Origin: Methanocaldococcus sp. 16A
GTDB lineage: Archaea; AGJL01; Methanococci; Methanococcales; Methanocaldococcaceae
Length of the DNA: 64,000 bases
Reading direction: 5' to 3' (one strand)
NCBI GenBank assembly: GCA_049860595.1
Contig: CP187551.1
Position numbers and translations under genes: made by a program
Shown: piece by piece, positions 1-10,271 of the stretch
Layout of the letters: each line of letters starts with the position of its first letter
Position numbering within the stretch: the stretch's first letter is position 1
Notes under the pieces: generated by a model
The model's database searches: none
Told to the model about the DNA's origin: nothing
Seen by the model: the letters and a program-made list of their open reading frames with translations, nothing else

Positions 1-45
1 GTGTAATTGTTAATAAAAAATTAAATATATATATAATAAAATCTA

Positions 46-711
46 TTAGTTTTCATATTTTGCACTTAATTTATCTTTAACATTGCCTTTATTTATGGCA
101 TTAAATAATATGCTTACAGAGTCGTGTGGTAGCACAATTAATACATCAAAACCAGTACCTACTTCACATATATGCAATGTTGACCTAAAGGCCATAATTA
201 TGTCATCATCATCAATATTATTCTCATTAAAGATTTTTTCTAATAGTTCTCTTCCAGAACCTACAATAAATGATGGTGGTGACATAGTTAATGCAGTATT
301 CATAAAGTTTGCAAATGAATCTACATATGCAGATATGAGTATGTTACATATTTCATTAATTGCTGATATTTTCATCTCATCCATTTCGTTAGTATCTGAC
401 TCCATTCCCATACCTAAAAGCATGGCTTTAGATAAATTTAGTGCAGAATCTTCAGAGAAAATTAATACACCAGTTCCATTAATATCTCCTGTAAAATCAA
501 TTTTTGTAAATATTTTTTTATCATCTCCATATTCATCTTTTATTTCTTTTGGGGTAATTAATCTAATATTAAATACCTTTAACTCTGCTGAATATCCAGT
601 CATATCTGAGATAAATTTTGTAGCTTTTTCTGAGGCATATTTCCCCACATCTTCAATTTTACTTAACCCCTCTAAATTAAAATTATTTATAATAGCAGCA
701 TTAGAAGACAT
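46..711 (-). CDS. cheC: CheC-family CheY-P phosphatase
   Basis: Motif SAINEICNILISAYVDSFANF...SPP; downstream of cheY. Start placed at ATG 711 behind GGGGA; the ORF is open to 807. Confidence 0.85.
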   Translation of the reverse strand: MSSNAAIINNFNLEGLSKIEDVGKYASEKATKFISDMTGYSAELKVFNIRLITPKEIKDEYGDDKKIFTKIDFTGDINGTGVLIFSEDSALNLSKAMLLGMGMESDTNEMDEMKISAINEICNILISAYVDSFANFMNTALTMSPPSFIVGSGRELLEKIFNENNIDDDDIIMAFRSTLHICEVGTGFDVLIVLPHDSVSILFNAINKGNVKDKLSAKYEN

Positions 712-958
712 GTCTTTATCCCCCAACGTGGTTTCAATGATAGTTTTCACTATAATTTCCCAGGATTTTGGGGAAATTTCTACATTTCCATATTTCATAT
801 ATCTCACACGTTACATATATTTTTAAGATTCTTTTGTTCTTTTGTATTATTTCAATATATCTTCATTCTTATATTAGCTTCTTTAAATATATGATATTAT
901 AATCTTCCTTAAATATATTGAATAAGACTACAGCTTATTGCAAAATATAAAATTAAAA

Positions 959-1333
959 TTAACCAGGGAAAAGCTTATTTAATTCTTCAAGAACTTTTTG
1001 AGCTTGGAATGGTTTTACAATGTATCCATCTGCACCAGCTTCAATAGCTTCAATAACTTTCTTTTCCTGGTCTATTGATGTGCACATAACAATTTTTACA
1101 TTTGGTAAAATCTTTTTAATTTCTCTTGTAGCAGTGATTCCGTCCATTTCTGGCATGACTATATCCATAGTTATTAAATCTGGCTGTAATTCTTTAGCTT
1201 TTTCGATTGCTTCTTTCCCATTTGATGCCTCACCTACGACTACAAACTTACCAGTTGGAGTCAATATCTTTTTTAAGATATTCCTCATGAATGCTGAGTC
1301 ATCTACCACTAATGTCTTTACTATAGTTGCCAT
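959..1333 (-). CDS. cheY: Chemotaxis response regulator CheY
   Basis: Single receiver domain (VVDD, TMDIVMP, KPF) inside the che cluster. Confidence 0.93.
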   Translation of the reverse strand: MATIVKTLVVDDSAFMRNILKKILTPTGKFVVVGEASNGKEAIEKAKELQPDLITMDIVMPEMDGITATREIKKILPNVKIVMCTSIDQEKKVIEAIEAGADGYIVKPFQAQKVLEELNKLFPG

Positions 1334-1441
1334 TTTATCACCAATTGTTATTTATTTTTGACTTTGTATGTATTATTTGGCGTTTTGAGTATAAATAACC
1401 TTATCCTTATAATCTATACTTTGTTATATTTTTAAATAGTT

Positions 1442-2479
1442 TTAAAAGTTTGTTACAATATAGTTAGTTATTGCTCTACCTTTTTCAGATAACTCAACTT
1501 CTTTTCTAATTCTAACAAGATTTAATAATCCTTTTTCTATTAACTCATCTAATATTCTTTCTACTTCATCAACATCCATATTTAACATGTTTGGTAGTTC
1601 GAGTGGGGAAATTCCAGTATATAATGCCATTAGTATCTCTTGCTCTTCAGGAGTTAATTTTTCAACTTCACTTTTTATTTTTTCTCCGGACCAGCTTTCA
1701 GCCGCAAATTCTGAAGTTAATTCATCTTCTGATTTTGGAAGTAAATCTTTTACAGTGTTTTTATACTTAGTGAGTGTTGCAATATATCTAAGCACAAACA
1801 ACCTTTCTCTTTTTTCAATATATAAATAAGATGTTATACTTTCATTAGCTTTTATTTGTTTTATTTCTAAAACTTCTTCTTCTTTGTCATCTATAAGTTT
1901 AGTTTTTATCCTTATGGATTCAATATTGGTAAATAAGTTATAGACTTTTGGTTTTCCATTTTCTAAAACAGCCACTGCTAATATTTCTCCACTGGATAAT
2001 GCACTTTTTCTTTGAACAAATATTAAATATCCATCTTCCCATTTAACATTTGGGTCAATACTACCTCCTTTTATTGCACCATATTGAATTTTTATTTCCT
2101 TTTTATTTAATAAAACATAAAAGACTTTTCTTAAGAAATTTTCTACAGGTTTTCTTCCATATATTGATGTTTCTGGGGAAAAACCAACCATAATTTTGTC
2201 AGATTCAGGGGGGCGAAAAGTTATGGAGGAATGATAAGTAATATCTTCTAATGCTGATTTCGCCACTTCTATGGCTCTTCTAGGCAACTCTGCCCCAACA
2301 TCTTCAATATATTGAAGTTCTACTTCTATTGTTTTATTTGAAAACTTGAATTCAATTTTGTCTTCATATAATATAATATCAAGTTTTTCCCATTTTAAAA
2401 CAGGGTTTTTTATTGTGTATTGATTTAGTAAAATACCTTTTCCATGAAATTTTGCAATTTCTTTAGATTTTTTTGCCAT
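1442..2479 (-). CDS. cheF: Archaeal chemotaxis adaptor CheF (links CheY-P to the archaellum motor)
   Basis: 345 aa with IKGGSI..WEDG motif and C-terminal winged HTH (EQEILMALYTG...GLL...ELSEKGR); adjacent to cheY. Confidence 0.82.
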   Translation of the reverse strand: MAKKSKEIAKFHGKGILLNQYTIKNPVLKWEKLDIILYEDKIEFKFSNKTIEVELQYIEDVGAELPRRAIEVAKSALEDITYHSSITFRPPESDKIMVGFSPETSIYGRKPVENFLRKVFYVLLNKKEIKIQYGAIKGGSIDPNVKWEDGYLIFVQRKSALSSGEILAVAVLENGKPKVYNLFTNIESIRIKTKLIDDKEEEVLEIKQIKANESITSYLYIEKRERLFVLRYIATLTKYKNTVKDLLPKSEDELTSEFAAESWSGEKIKSEVEKLTPEEQEILMALYTGISPLELPNMLNMDVDEVERILDELIEKGLLNLVRIRKEVELSEKGRAITNYIVTNF

Positions 2480-2549
2480 ACAATCACCTAATTTTAGAGT
2501 ATTATATGGTTTAATAACTATTAATTAATAATAAAAATTTTATGTATGG

Positions 2550-4031
2550 TTAGTTAGACTGAGATTTAGCATCAGATGTCATTGCGGCACATACTTTATC
2601 AACCTTAAACCTTTCAGAAAGCTCTGTAGCTATTTTAGAAGTTTCTTCTAAATCTCTAATTATCTCTCTAAACTCTCCAATTGCTCCATTTAACTCTTCG
2701 GTTGATGCAGTTAATTCTTCAGCGGTAGCAGCGAACTCTTCAGATATTGAAGCGATGTCTTGTAAATGTCTTAGAGCACTTTCCATATTCTCTGATGCCA
2801 TTTTTGCATTTTCTTTAACAGCCTCTATTTTCTCCATTGCATTATCAACGCTTTCTTTAATCTTTAAGAATGCATTATTGACTTCATCTATTGCTACAAC
2901 TCCTTTATCGACTTCATTTTTTCCAGTTAATCCTAAATCAACGGTTTTTTCAATAGCTTCTCTAATTTCTTCAACAGTTCTATTAATATCATCAACAGAT
3001 TTACCAATTTCTTCGGCTAAGCTTTTAATTTCACTTGCTACAACTGCAAAACCTCTTCCAGCTTCTCCAGCCCTTGCTGCTTCTATAGATGCGTTTAATG
3101 CCAATAATCCAGTTTGTTCAGCAATATCTTTAATAAGTGATGTAATTTCATTGATTTTTTGGCTTTTTTTGCCCAATTCTTCTAAAGCTCTTCCTAACTC
3201 ATCAATAACATTTGCAATTCTTTGCATAGTTTCAATTGCATGTTCTACCTTCTCTAAACCTTTCTGTGAGTTCTCTTCTATTTCATTTGCTGCGTTCGAT
3301 GTTTCTATCGCTGCATTATATACATTTTTCGCAATGTTATCAACTTCTTCAACTTCTTGAGTTATATCTTGTAGTTTGTTTGATTGGTCTGTCGCTGCTG
3401 TAGCTACCTGTTGAGCGGCGTCTGCTATTTGGTCAGATGTTTCCTTTAATCTTTCCACTTCTCCTTTAGCTCTTTTAATTTCATCTTCCAATTTAGCAAC
3501 AATATTTATTAACTCACAAATCATCATTGAAAGTTTATCAAGAGCTTTGTTAATCAATTTTTGGATTTTATTTCTTTCTCCACTTTCATCCATTCTTACA
3601 GTTAAGTTTCCGTTTATTATTGCATTCATAACATTTTCAATTTCTTTTAATAACTTTCTTAATGCTTTTCTACTATTTTCTATTTCATCTACTTTACTTT
3701 TAAAGTTTAAATATACTTCTTTTATATTATAGTATATCCTTCCAATTTCATCATTTTTATTGAATTTTATTTTTAAATTCCTTTTTATATCAGTCTTACC
3801 TTCAGCGAATTCTTTTGTAATTCTTTCAAGCTCACTTAATTGGTCTAATACGGTCTTTTTCATTATTATAGCAAAAACCCCTCCCAAAATGAATGCTAAT
3901 ATATTAAATATAATTATCAATTTAAATAAACTGCCGTTTGATGAATATATCATGAAAACTGAGAATAAAAGTATTAAGAGAATATACGTTCCAATTACCA
4001 TAAATATCTTTGTTTTAACATTAATATTCAT
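2550..4031 (-). CDS. Methyl-accepting chemotaxis protein (2 TM, no extracellular domain, HAMP, MA domain)
   Basis: [30 protein letters not shown] hairpin tip; two adjacent N-terminal TM helices; DEIG HAMP motif. Confidence 0.95.
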   Translation of the reverse strand: MNINVKTKIFMVIGTYILLILLFSVFMIYSSNGSLFKLIIIFNILAFILGGVFAIIMKKTVLDQLSELERITKEFAEGKTDIKRNLKIKFNKNDEIGRIYYNIKEVYLNFKSKVDEIENSRKALRKLLKEIENVMNAIINGNLTVRMDESGERNKIQKLINKALDKLSMMICELINIVAKLEDEIKRAKGEVERLKETSDQIADAAQQVATAATDQSNKLQDITQEVEEVDNIAKNVYNAAIETSNAANEIEENSQKGLEKVEHAIETMQRIANVIDELGRALEELGKKSQKINEITSLIKDIAEQTGLLALNASIEAARAGEAGRGFAVVASEIKSLAEEIGKSVDDINRTVEEIREAIEKTVDLGLTGKNEVDKGVVAIDEVNNAFLKIKESVDNAMEKIEAVKENAKMASENMESALRHLQDIASISEEFAATAEELTASTEELNGAIGEFREIIRDLEETSKIATELSERFKVDKVCAAMTSDAKSQSN

Positions 4032-4208
4032 TCATTTCACCTATCCCTACAACCTTATACAACATATTACGGCAAGTTATTTTGTAATAGAATGGACATA
4101 ATGATATAATCTATGTAATAACTATGTGCTTAAGTAATATATATTATTTATTACAAATAATATTTTACAAATAATATTAGATATTGCAATAATTTGAGGT
4201 GTTTATAT

Positions 4209-4766
4209 ATGGAAAGTTCTCAAAATATAAATAATAAAAATAATTTAGATATTGCTGTAAAATTAGATGAATCTATTAGATATTTACTAAAAAGTGCTAA
4301 AAATTTTAGAAAAGGAAACGAAGACATGGCTAATTTAATATCTCAGTTGTATTCAGTTTTAGATAATGTTGAAAAAACTATAAACATTGTAGAGGAAAAA
4401 TATTACTCAATGTTGGAGAGATATAAGAATGGAAGAGAAATTAACTATATGATTCTTGAGAAATTTGTGGAGAATTTGGAAAATTTAACACATGTTATTG
4501 ATAATGTTAAAAAAATATCAAAGAATTTAAATACAGAAATTGATAGGCATATAAGTTCTATGTCTAAGTTGAATGATACTATATCCAAGTTAAAAATTGT
4601 CAATACTGAGACATCAAATGAAGTAATATCTGAATTTGAAAAAGTTTTTATTATTATTAAGGATAATAAAGATAGATTGAATGATTTAATTAATAAAAAT
4701 CATGCATTGGAGAGTAGATTGGAAGAGTTATTGTTGGATATTGATAACATGCTAAAAGAAAAATAA
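4209..4766 (+). CDS. Hypothetical coiled-coil protein
   Basis: Heptad-rich ORF; GAGGTG RBS before ATG 4209. Confidence 0.7.
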   Translation: MESSQNINNKNNLDIAVKLDESIRYLLKSAKNFRKGNEDMANLISQLYSVLDNVEKTINIVEEKYYSMLERYKNGREINYMILEKFVENLENLTHVIDNVKKISKNLNTEIDRHISSMSKLNDTISKLKIVNTETSNEVISEFEKVFIIIKDNKDRLNDLINKNHALESRLEELLLDIDNMLKEK

Positions 4767-4823
4767 ATAAATATTGAAAATATTAAAACTAATTTTTATG
4801 AGTTTATGTGTAGGGGTGGTTGT

Positions 4824-5360
4824 ATGGGAGATAATAAATTGGATGGGGGGAATAAGGTATTATTGAATGATAGTTTGTTAGAGTCAGAAATAATTGTTGA
4901 TGATGTCATAACAAAACTTGATATGCTAATTTCTGAGATTAATAGCTATGTAATAGAGATACAGTATGGTTTGAACATTACAAATGAAAAAATGAATATT
5001 TCGATTGCTGAACTTCAAGAATTAGAGAAAAAATTAAATGACTACCTTTCATATATGGAGCTTATGAGAAAATCCATTAAAGATACAAATAATATTATGT
5101 ATGAGATAAATAACGAAATTTCAAATATAAAAAATTCTTTAGAGGTTTTATCATTTAGAATGAATAATATAAATGATAGAATTGAGAGTAGTATAAAAAA
5201 TAATGGTAAAAAATTGAAAAAGTTATCAGATACTCTAAAGTTAATAAATAAAAATCAAAAAATGTTATTTGAAACTGTAAAATCTACAAGGCTATTAGTA
5301 TATACTGTAGCAATTATAACAATTGTAAATATGTTGGTTAATTTTAATAAGATATTTTAA
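4824..5360 (+). CDS. Hypothetical coiled-coil protein with C-terminal transmembrane anchor
   Basis: Heptads followed by hydrophobic LLVYTVAIITIVNMLVNF at the C-terminus; GGGGTGG RBS. Confidence 0.7.
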   Translation: MGDNKLDGGNKVLLNDSLLESEIIVDDVITKLDMLISEINSYVIEIQYGLNITNEKMNISIAELQELEKKLNDYLSYMELMRKSIKDTNNIMYEINNEISNIKNSLEVLSFRMNNINDRIESSIKNNGKKLKKLSDTLKLINKNQKMLFETVKSTRLLVYTVAIITIVNMLVNFNKIF

Positions 5361-5664
5361 TAGGACTTTCGCAGGAATAACTATAGTTGTGTGCAAAATA
5401 AAATAAACTTTAAAAAGGAAAATTTGAATGCCTTCCTTTTGGAAGGCATTCATTAGTACCTTATTCACTATAAACACTTTTGCACACAACTATAATAATA
5501 ATGAACTTTGATGCTTTTAGCATAATAAATACCTTAAATGAAATATAAATTGTGAAAGTTCCAATATATTCCATAAAAAACATTATTCCTGAATTCAGAC
5601 CGTTAAAGATGGCCAAAAGTCATCTATATAGCATTAATTATATTTTATTTATGCGAAAGTATTA
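5361..5664. repeat. Nested palindromic MITE-like elements (family A containing family B, followed by C and A right halves)
   Basis: A left TIR TAGGACTTTCGCAG at 5361; B element 5382-5494; degenerate A right TIR 5551-5563; C right half 5564-5605; TGCGAAAGT at 5652. Confidence 0.8.
5382..5494. mobile_element. Family B MITE-like element
   Basis: Perfect 17-bp TIR TATAGTTGTGTGCAAAA/TTTTGCACACAACTATA; central 12-bp hairpin TGAATGCCTTCC-TTTT-GGAAGGCATTCA (5425-5452). Confidence 0.85.
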
Positions 5665-5869
5665 TTTTTAATTCTATTTTTTTATTTGTTTCATTGTAGG
5701 ATATCTAATTGGAATCTACATAAAAATAAACACAAAAACATTATCAATATGTAATATTATAACATTGTTTTAATTACTGGTTAGAAAGTCTATTTAAAGA
5801 AAGTTAGATAATTATTTTGAAATTCTTATTATAAATACAGCTAATTTATTTTGTTTTTTGGTGATTTTT

Positions 5870-6616
5870 ATGGAATTTGATGAGAAATTAAAGGAAATCA
5901 CTAAAAAAGCAAAAAATAAAGAAGAAAAGGATAATTTAATTGATAGAATTAAAAATTTAGAAAAAATGGCTACTGAGCTTTATAATAAACTAAAATCTGA
6001 AAAATCGGAATCTGATGAAAAACCCAGTAAGGAAGAGAATAATACTGAAATACTTCAATATCAAAATAATAATCAATATACAAATCAATATTCTGAAGAA
6101 ATAAAAGAAATTAATAATAAACTTGATAAAATTATTAATATTCTTAACAGCAACAATTATGAAAAAATTGAAAAAATGTTAGGAGAAGTATTAGATAAAT
6201 TAGAGAACAAAAAATATGTTAATCTCTCAGAAGAATCTATAAATCAACTTTCAAACAAAATAAAACAAATCTATGATTCTTCAAAGAATGAATTATTTGA
6301 AAAATTAGATGTAATAATAGACCACATAAATAAATATTCAGAAAAATTGGATGTGCTATCTAATGGGATTGATAATATAACTGAAAAAATTGATAAAATG
6401 TCAGAGAAAATTTCAGATTTGCTCGATAGTGGAGGAGTTAAAGTAATTGATATCATAAAACTAATAAAAGAGATTTATAAAGGAATTAACGAAATAAAAG
6501 AGATTTTAAATAACCGTGAAAAAGAAAATATGGACAGAGCTATTGAAATTATAGATGATTTAAATACTAAAATAGATAGTTATCTTGTAGAAATTGAAGA
6601 AGGAATAAAAGCATAA
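5870..6616 (+). CDS. Hypothetical soluble coiled-coil protein
   Basis: Long heptad stretches; GGTGA RBS. Confidence 0.75.
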   Translation: MEFDEKLKEITKKAKNKEEKDNLIDRIKNLEKMATELYNKLKSEKSESDEKPSKEENNTEILQYQNNNQYTNQYSEEIKEINNKLDKIINILNSNNYEKIEKMLGEVLDKLENKKYVNLSEESINQLSNKIKQIYDSSKNELFEKLDVIIDHINKYSEKLDVLSNGIDNITEKIDKMSEKISDLLDSGGVKVIDIIKLIKEIYKGINEIKEILNNREKENMDRAIEIIDDLNTKIDSYLVEIEEGIKA

Positions 6617-6623
6617 AGGTTTA

Positions 6624-8459
6624 TTAGACCTTAAACCTACTTGCAGATTCTGCAAGTTCATTTGAAATTTCAGTTACTTTTTCTGTAGCTTTACTTATCT
6701 CATCTATTACTCCATTTAACTCTTCAGTTGATGCAGTTAATTCTTCAGCGGTAGCAGCAAATTCCTCTGATATTGAAGCTACATCTTGAACTTCTCTTAA
6801 AGCATTTTGTGTGCTATCAGCTGCTTTTTGAGCATCTTCTTTTATCTTTTCTATTTTTTCCATTGCTTTATCTACGGCCTCTTTAATTTTTAAGAATGCA
6901 CTATTAACTTCGTCTATTGCTATAACTCCTTTATCTACTTCATCCTTTCCAGTTAATCCTAAGTCAATAGTTTTGTTTATTTTATCCTGAATTTCAGTTA
7001 TTGTTTTGTTAATGTCATCGACAGATTTACCAATTTCTTCAGCTAAGCTTTTGATTTCACTTGCTACAACTGCAAAACCTCTTCCTGCTTCTCCAGCCCT
7101 TGCTGCTTCTATAGATGCGTTTAATGCCAATAATCCAGTTTGTTCAGCAATATCTTTAATAAGTGATGTAATTTCATTGATTTTTTTACTTTCATCACCA
7201 AGTTCTTGGATTGCCTTACCCAACTCATCTATAACATTAGTTATTCGTTGCATGGTTTCAATTGCATGTTCTACTTTCTCTAAACCTACTTGTGAACTTT
7301 CTTCAACGTTATTTATTGCTTCAACTCCTTCAATTGCAGATTCATAAACGCCACTTGCAATATGAGACACTTCCTCAAGCTCTTGAGTTATATCTTGAAG
7401 TTTAGTTGATTGGTCTGTTGCTGCAGTAGCTACTTGATTAGATGCATCCGCTACTTGGTCAGATATCTCTCTTGCTCTATCTATTTCTTCTTTAATAGTA
7501 TTTACTTCATTAGTTATACTAATAACTTTTTCTTTTAGTTCTTTTATAATGTTTGATAAATTGTCTAATGCACTATTAATTACTTTATAAATTTCTAATT
7601 CTTCACCATTTTCTACTTTTAACCTTATAGATAAGTCCCCATTTGCGATTTTAGCCATAGCTTCTGTAATTTTTTTGAAGATTTCTTCAATTTTTTCTTT
7701 ATCCTTTTTTTGTTTTTCCATATCTTCTTTTAGGTTATTAATAACTTTTTGAATGTTTTCAAATACTTTTCCAATTTCATCATTACTGAATTTTATATTT
7801 GGCTTTATATCATATTCTTTATTAGCCAATCTTGCTGAAATTTTTTCAAGTTCTTTAAGTGGGGCTAATATGGTTCTATTTACAATAACTATTGATATAA
7901 CTCCTATCAATAATCCCAATACTGTTGAGGCAATTGCCATATTATTTGAAAATTCAATTTTTTTGTCATATAGTTCTTGATATAACATTACTGCTTTATT
8001 CATTTCAGATAATAATTCCATGTTATGTTTTTCTAAGTAATCTAAAGCTTCTTTAAATTCAGGATCATCAGGATTTTTTGTGTATATTATTTTTATTTTC
8101 TCGTAGAATGGTTCCCACATCTTTTTTACTTTAAGTAGTTGGGATTTAACTACATCAGGAGCTGGAGGAAGTCCCAATTCTTCATTACCGGATATTAAAC
8201 CATTTAAGGTTTTATCGAATAATTCTGCAGTTTCTTTTAATGTTTTTCTATATTCATCATGTCCTGTTGCTACCATGAAAGATTCTTTTGTCATTTTTTG
8301 TATTAACATTCTCTGTTTTCCTGCAATATTGATTACCTTCCCATCATCTTTCATAGTGTTATGTACTAAGATAACAGTAAATGATAATCCAGCAATTATA
8401 ATTATTAAAATTGCTAAAATTGCTAAAAGCTTGGTCTTTACAGAGATATTTTTAAGCAC
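6624..8459 (-). CDS. Methyl-accepting chemotaxis protein with NarX/PilJ-like extracellular sensor
   Basis: TM1 - [11 protein letters not shown]-box-like motif - TM2 - HAMP - MA domain. Confidence 0.93.
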   Translation of the reverse strand: MLKNISVKTKLLAILAILIIIIAGLSFTVILVHNTMKDDGKVINIAGKQRMLIQKMTKESFMVATGHDEYRKTLKETAELFDKTLNGLISGNEELGLPPAPDVVKSQLLKVKKMWEPFYEKIKIIYTKNPDDPEFKEALDYLEKHNMELLSEMNKAVMLYQELYDKKIEFSNNMAIASTVLGLLIGVISIVIVNRTILAPLKELEKISARLANKEYDIKPNIKFSNDEIGKVFENIQKVINNLKEDMEKQKKDKEKIEEIFKKITEAMAKIANGDLSIRLKVENGEELEIYKVINSALDNLSNIIKELKEKVISITNEVNTIKEEIDRAREISDQVADASNQVATAATDQSTKLQDITQELEEVSHIASGVYESAIEGVEAINNVEESSQVGLEKVEHAIETMQRITNVIDELGKAIQELGDESKKINEITSLIKDIAEQTGLLALNASIEAARAGEAGRGFAVVASEIKSLAEEIGKSVDDINKTITEIQDKINKTIDLGLTGKDEVDKGVIAIDEVNSAFLKIKEAVDKAMEKIEKIKEDAQKAADSTQNALREVQDVASISEEFAATAEELTASTEELNGVIDEISKATEKVTEISNELAESASRFKV

Positions 8460-8670
8460 TTTCCCACCCCAATATTATATCTAATAACGTAATAACATCA
8501 CTTAATAACATTCCTGTTCAATATTTTATACTAACAATTTTATTAATTCCAATATTCTGTATTTAGTCTTTCTTATGTATATTTTTTTAGTGTAGATACT
8601 TATGTAGATAAAGATAACTACCAAAAAATTTTTAATTTTAAATTATATATTTTTATTTTGAGGTGAAATA

Positions 8671-9120
8671 ATGGCGGAATCCGAGACTATGAAAATTGTT
8701 GTATTTAGATTAGGTAGTAATGAATATGGGTTAAAAGTTGATGAAGTTAGAGAAGTTTTGAAATTACATAAATCTGACATAACCCCTCTTCCAAATGCTC
8801 CAGGTTATGTGGTTGGAGTTACAAATATTAGGGGGGAAATTACTCCAATTATTGATTTAAAAGGAAAATTGGGAGTATATGAAAATGTTGAAGATGAAAA
8901 AGATGAGAAACTTGTTATGGTTATTGAAATCAACCAACAAACTTTTGGAATCTTAGTTGATGGTGTTAATGATGTTATGCAAATATCTTCAGACCAAATT
9001 ACTCCAGTATCAACTATAAAAAAAGCAGCAAGTGGTGACTATATTGATGGTATTATAAAAATAGACAATAGATTGATAATTTTATTAAATATTTCAAATT
9101 TGTTAGATTTGGAGATGTAA
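8671..9120 (+). CDS. cheW: Chemotaxis coupling protein CheW
   Basis: VVFRLG..EYG, GVTNIRGEITPIIDL, GILVDGV motifs. Confidence 0.95.
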   Translation: MAESETMKIVVFRLGSNEYGLKVDEVREVLKLHKSDITPLPNAPGYVVGVTNIRGEITPIIDLKGKLGVYENVEDEKDEKLVMVIEINQQTFGILVDGVNDVMQISSDQITPVSTIKKAASGDYIDGIIKIDNRLIILLNISNLLDLEM

Positions 9121-9149
9121 CATTTAGATTATAAAGTAGTGGTGGAATA

Positions 9150-10268
9150 ATGACACTACAAAAAAAAATTAGAGTACTTGTTGTTGATGATTCTGCATTT
9201 ATGAGAAAGGTTATATCAGATATTCTGAATTCAGACCCAGAAATAGAAGTAATTGCCACAGCAAAAGATGGAGTTGAAGCTGTTGAGCTCGTCCAGAAAT
9301 TACAACCAGATGTAGTTACAATGGATGTTGAAATGCCGAGAATGAATGGTTTAGATGCTGTTAGAAGAATAATGGAAATAAGACCTACACCAATTGTAAT
9401 GCTTTCTGCGTTAACAAAGGAAGGTTCTAAGATTACATTTGAAGCATTAGAAGCAGGAGCGGTTGATTTCATTTCAAAACCTTCAGGAAGTATTTCATTA
9501 GATATTAGAAAAATTGGAGAAGATATAATTAAAAAAGTTAAACAAGCTGCAAAAGCTAAGGTAGTTAAGAAGATCAGAATAACTACTACATCAAAACCCA
9601 CTACTGAAAGCGTTAAAGAAGAAACAACTGTTTCACAAATGTCTTCTGTTACAGGAGAATTAATGGTTCCTGACAGTAAATTAAAAGAAATGTGTGTAAT
9701 AATTGGTTCATCAACTGGTGGGCCACCAGTAGTTACAGAAATTATTTCAAAATTACCAAAAAAAATGCCTCCAATATTTGTTGTTCAGCATATGCCACCA
9801 GGATTTACTAAATTATTTGCAGATAGGATAAATCAAGTTTCAAAACTTAATGTTAAAGAGGCAGAACATGGAGAAAGAGTTATGCCAGGTTATGTTTATA
9901 TAGCTCCTGGAGATTACCACATGCTTTTGGTCAAAAGGGGAGATAATGTTTATATCTCTTTAGATAACAAAATGCCAAAAGTTAATGGAACAAGACCTGC
10001 AGTAGATATCACAGCTGAGTCAGTAGCTAACATATATGGAGGAAAATCTGTGGGGGTTATATTAACAGGTATTGGTAAGGATGGAGCTTATGGATTTAAA
10101 AAAATAAAAGAAAAAGGGGGAAAAATAATAGCCCAGGATGGAAAAACTTGTGTGGTATTTGGTATGCCAAAAGCAGTAATAGAGTTGGGAATAGCGGATT
10201 TAGTTCTCCCCCCTTCAGAAATACCAAGAGCAATTGTAAAGTTCTGTAAAGAGATATTAGGGGGATAA
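9150..10268 (+). CDS. cheB: Chemotaxis methylesterase CheB
   Basis: Receiver domain plus GSSTGG, VQHMP, LTGIGKDG motifs. Confidence 0.96.
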   Translation: MTLQKKIRVLVVDDSAFMRKVISDILNSDPEIEVIATAKDGVEAVELVQKLQPDVVTMDVEMPRMNGLDAVRRIMEIRPTPIVMLSALTKEGSKITFEALEAGAVDFISKPSGSISLDIRKIGEDIIKKVKQAAKAKVVKKIRITTTSKPTTESVKEETTVSQMSSVTGELMVPDSKLKEMCVIIGSSTGGPPVVTEIISKLPKKMPPIFVVQHMPPGFTKLFADRINQVSKLNVKEAEHGERVMPGYVYIAPGDYHMLLVKRGDNVYISLDNKMPKVNGTRPAVDITAESVANIYGGKSVGVILTGIGKDGAYGFKKIKEKGGKIIAQDGKTCVVFGMPKAVIELGIADLVLPPSEIPRAIVKFCKEILGG

Positions 10269-10271
10269 TAT

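Noticed and set aside
83-826. Long antisense ORFs (also 2755-3360, 10694-11308, 14492-15031 and many others)
   Set aside because: Shadow frames of well-supported genes, with Ser/Ile/Phe-rich composition and no RBS or motifs.
5295-5489. 64-aa ORF over the nested repeats
   Set aside because: A reading frame through element B, antisense to a real gene end; no independent support.
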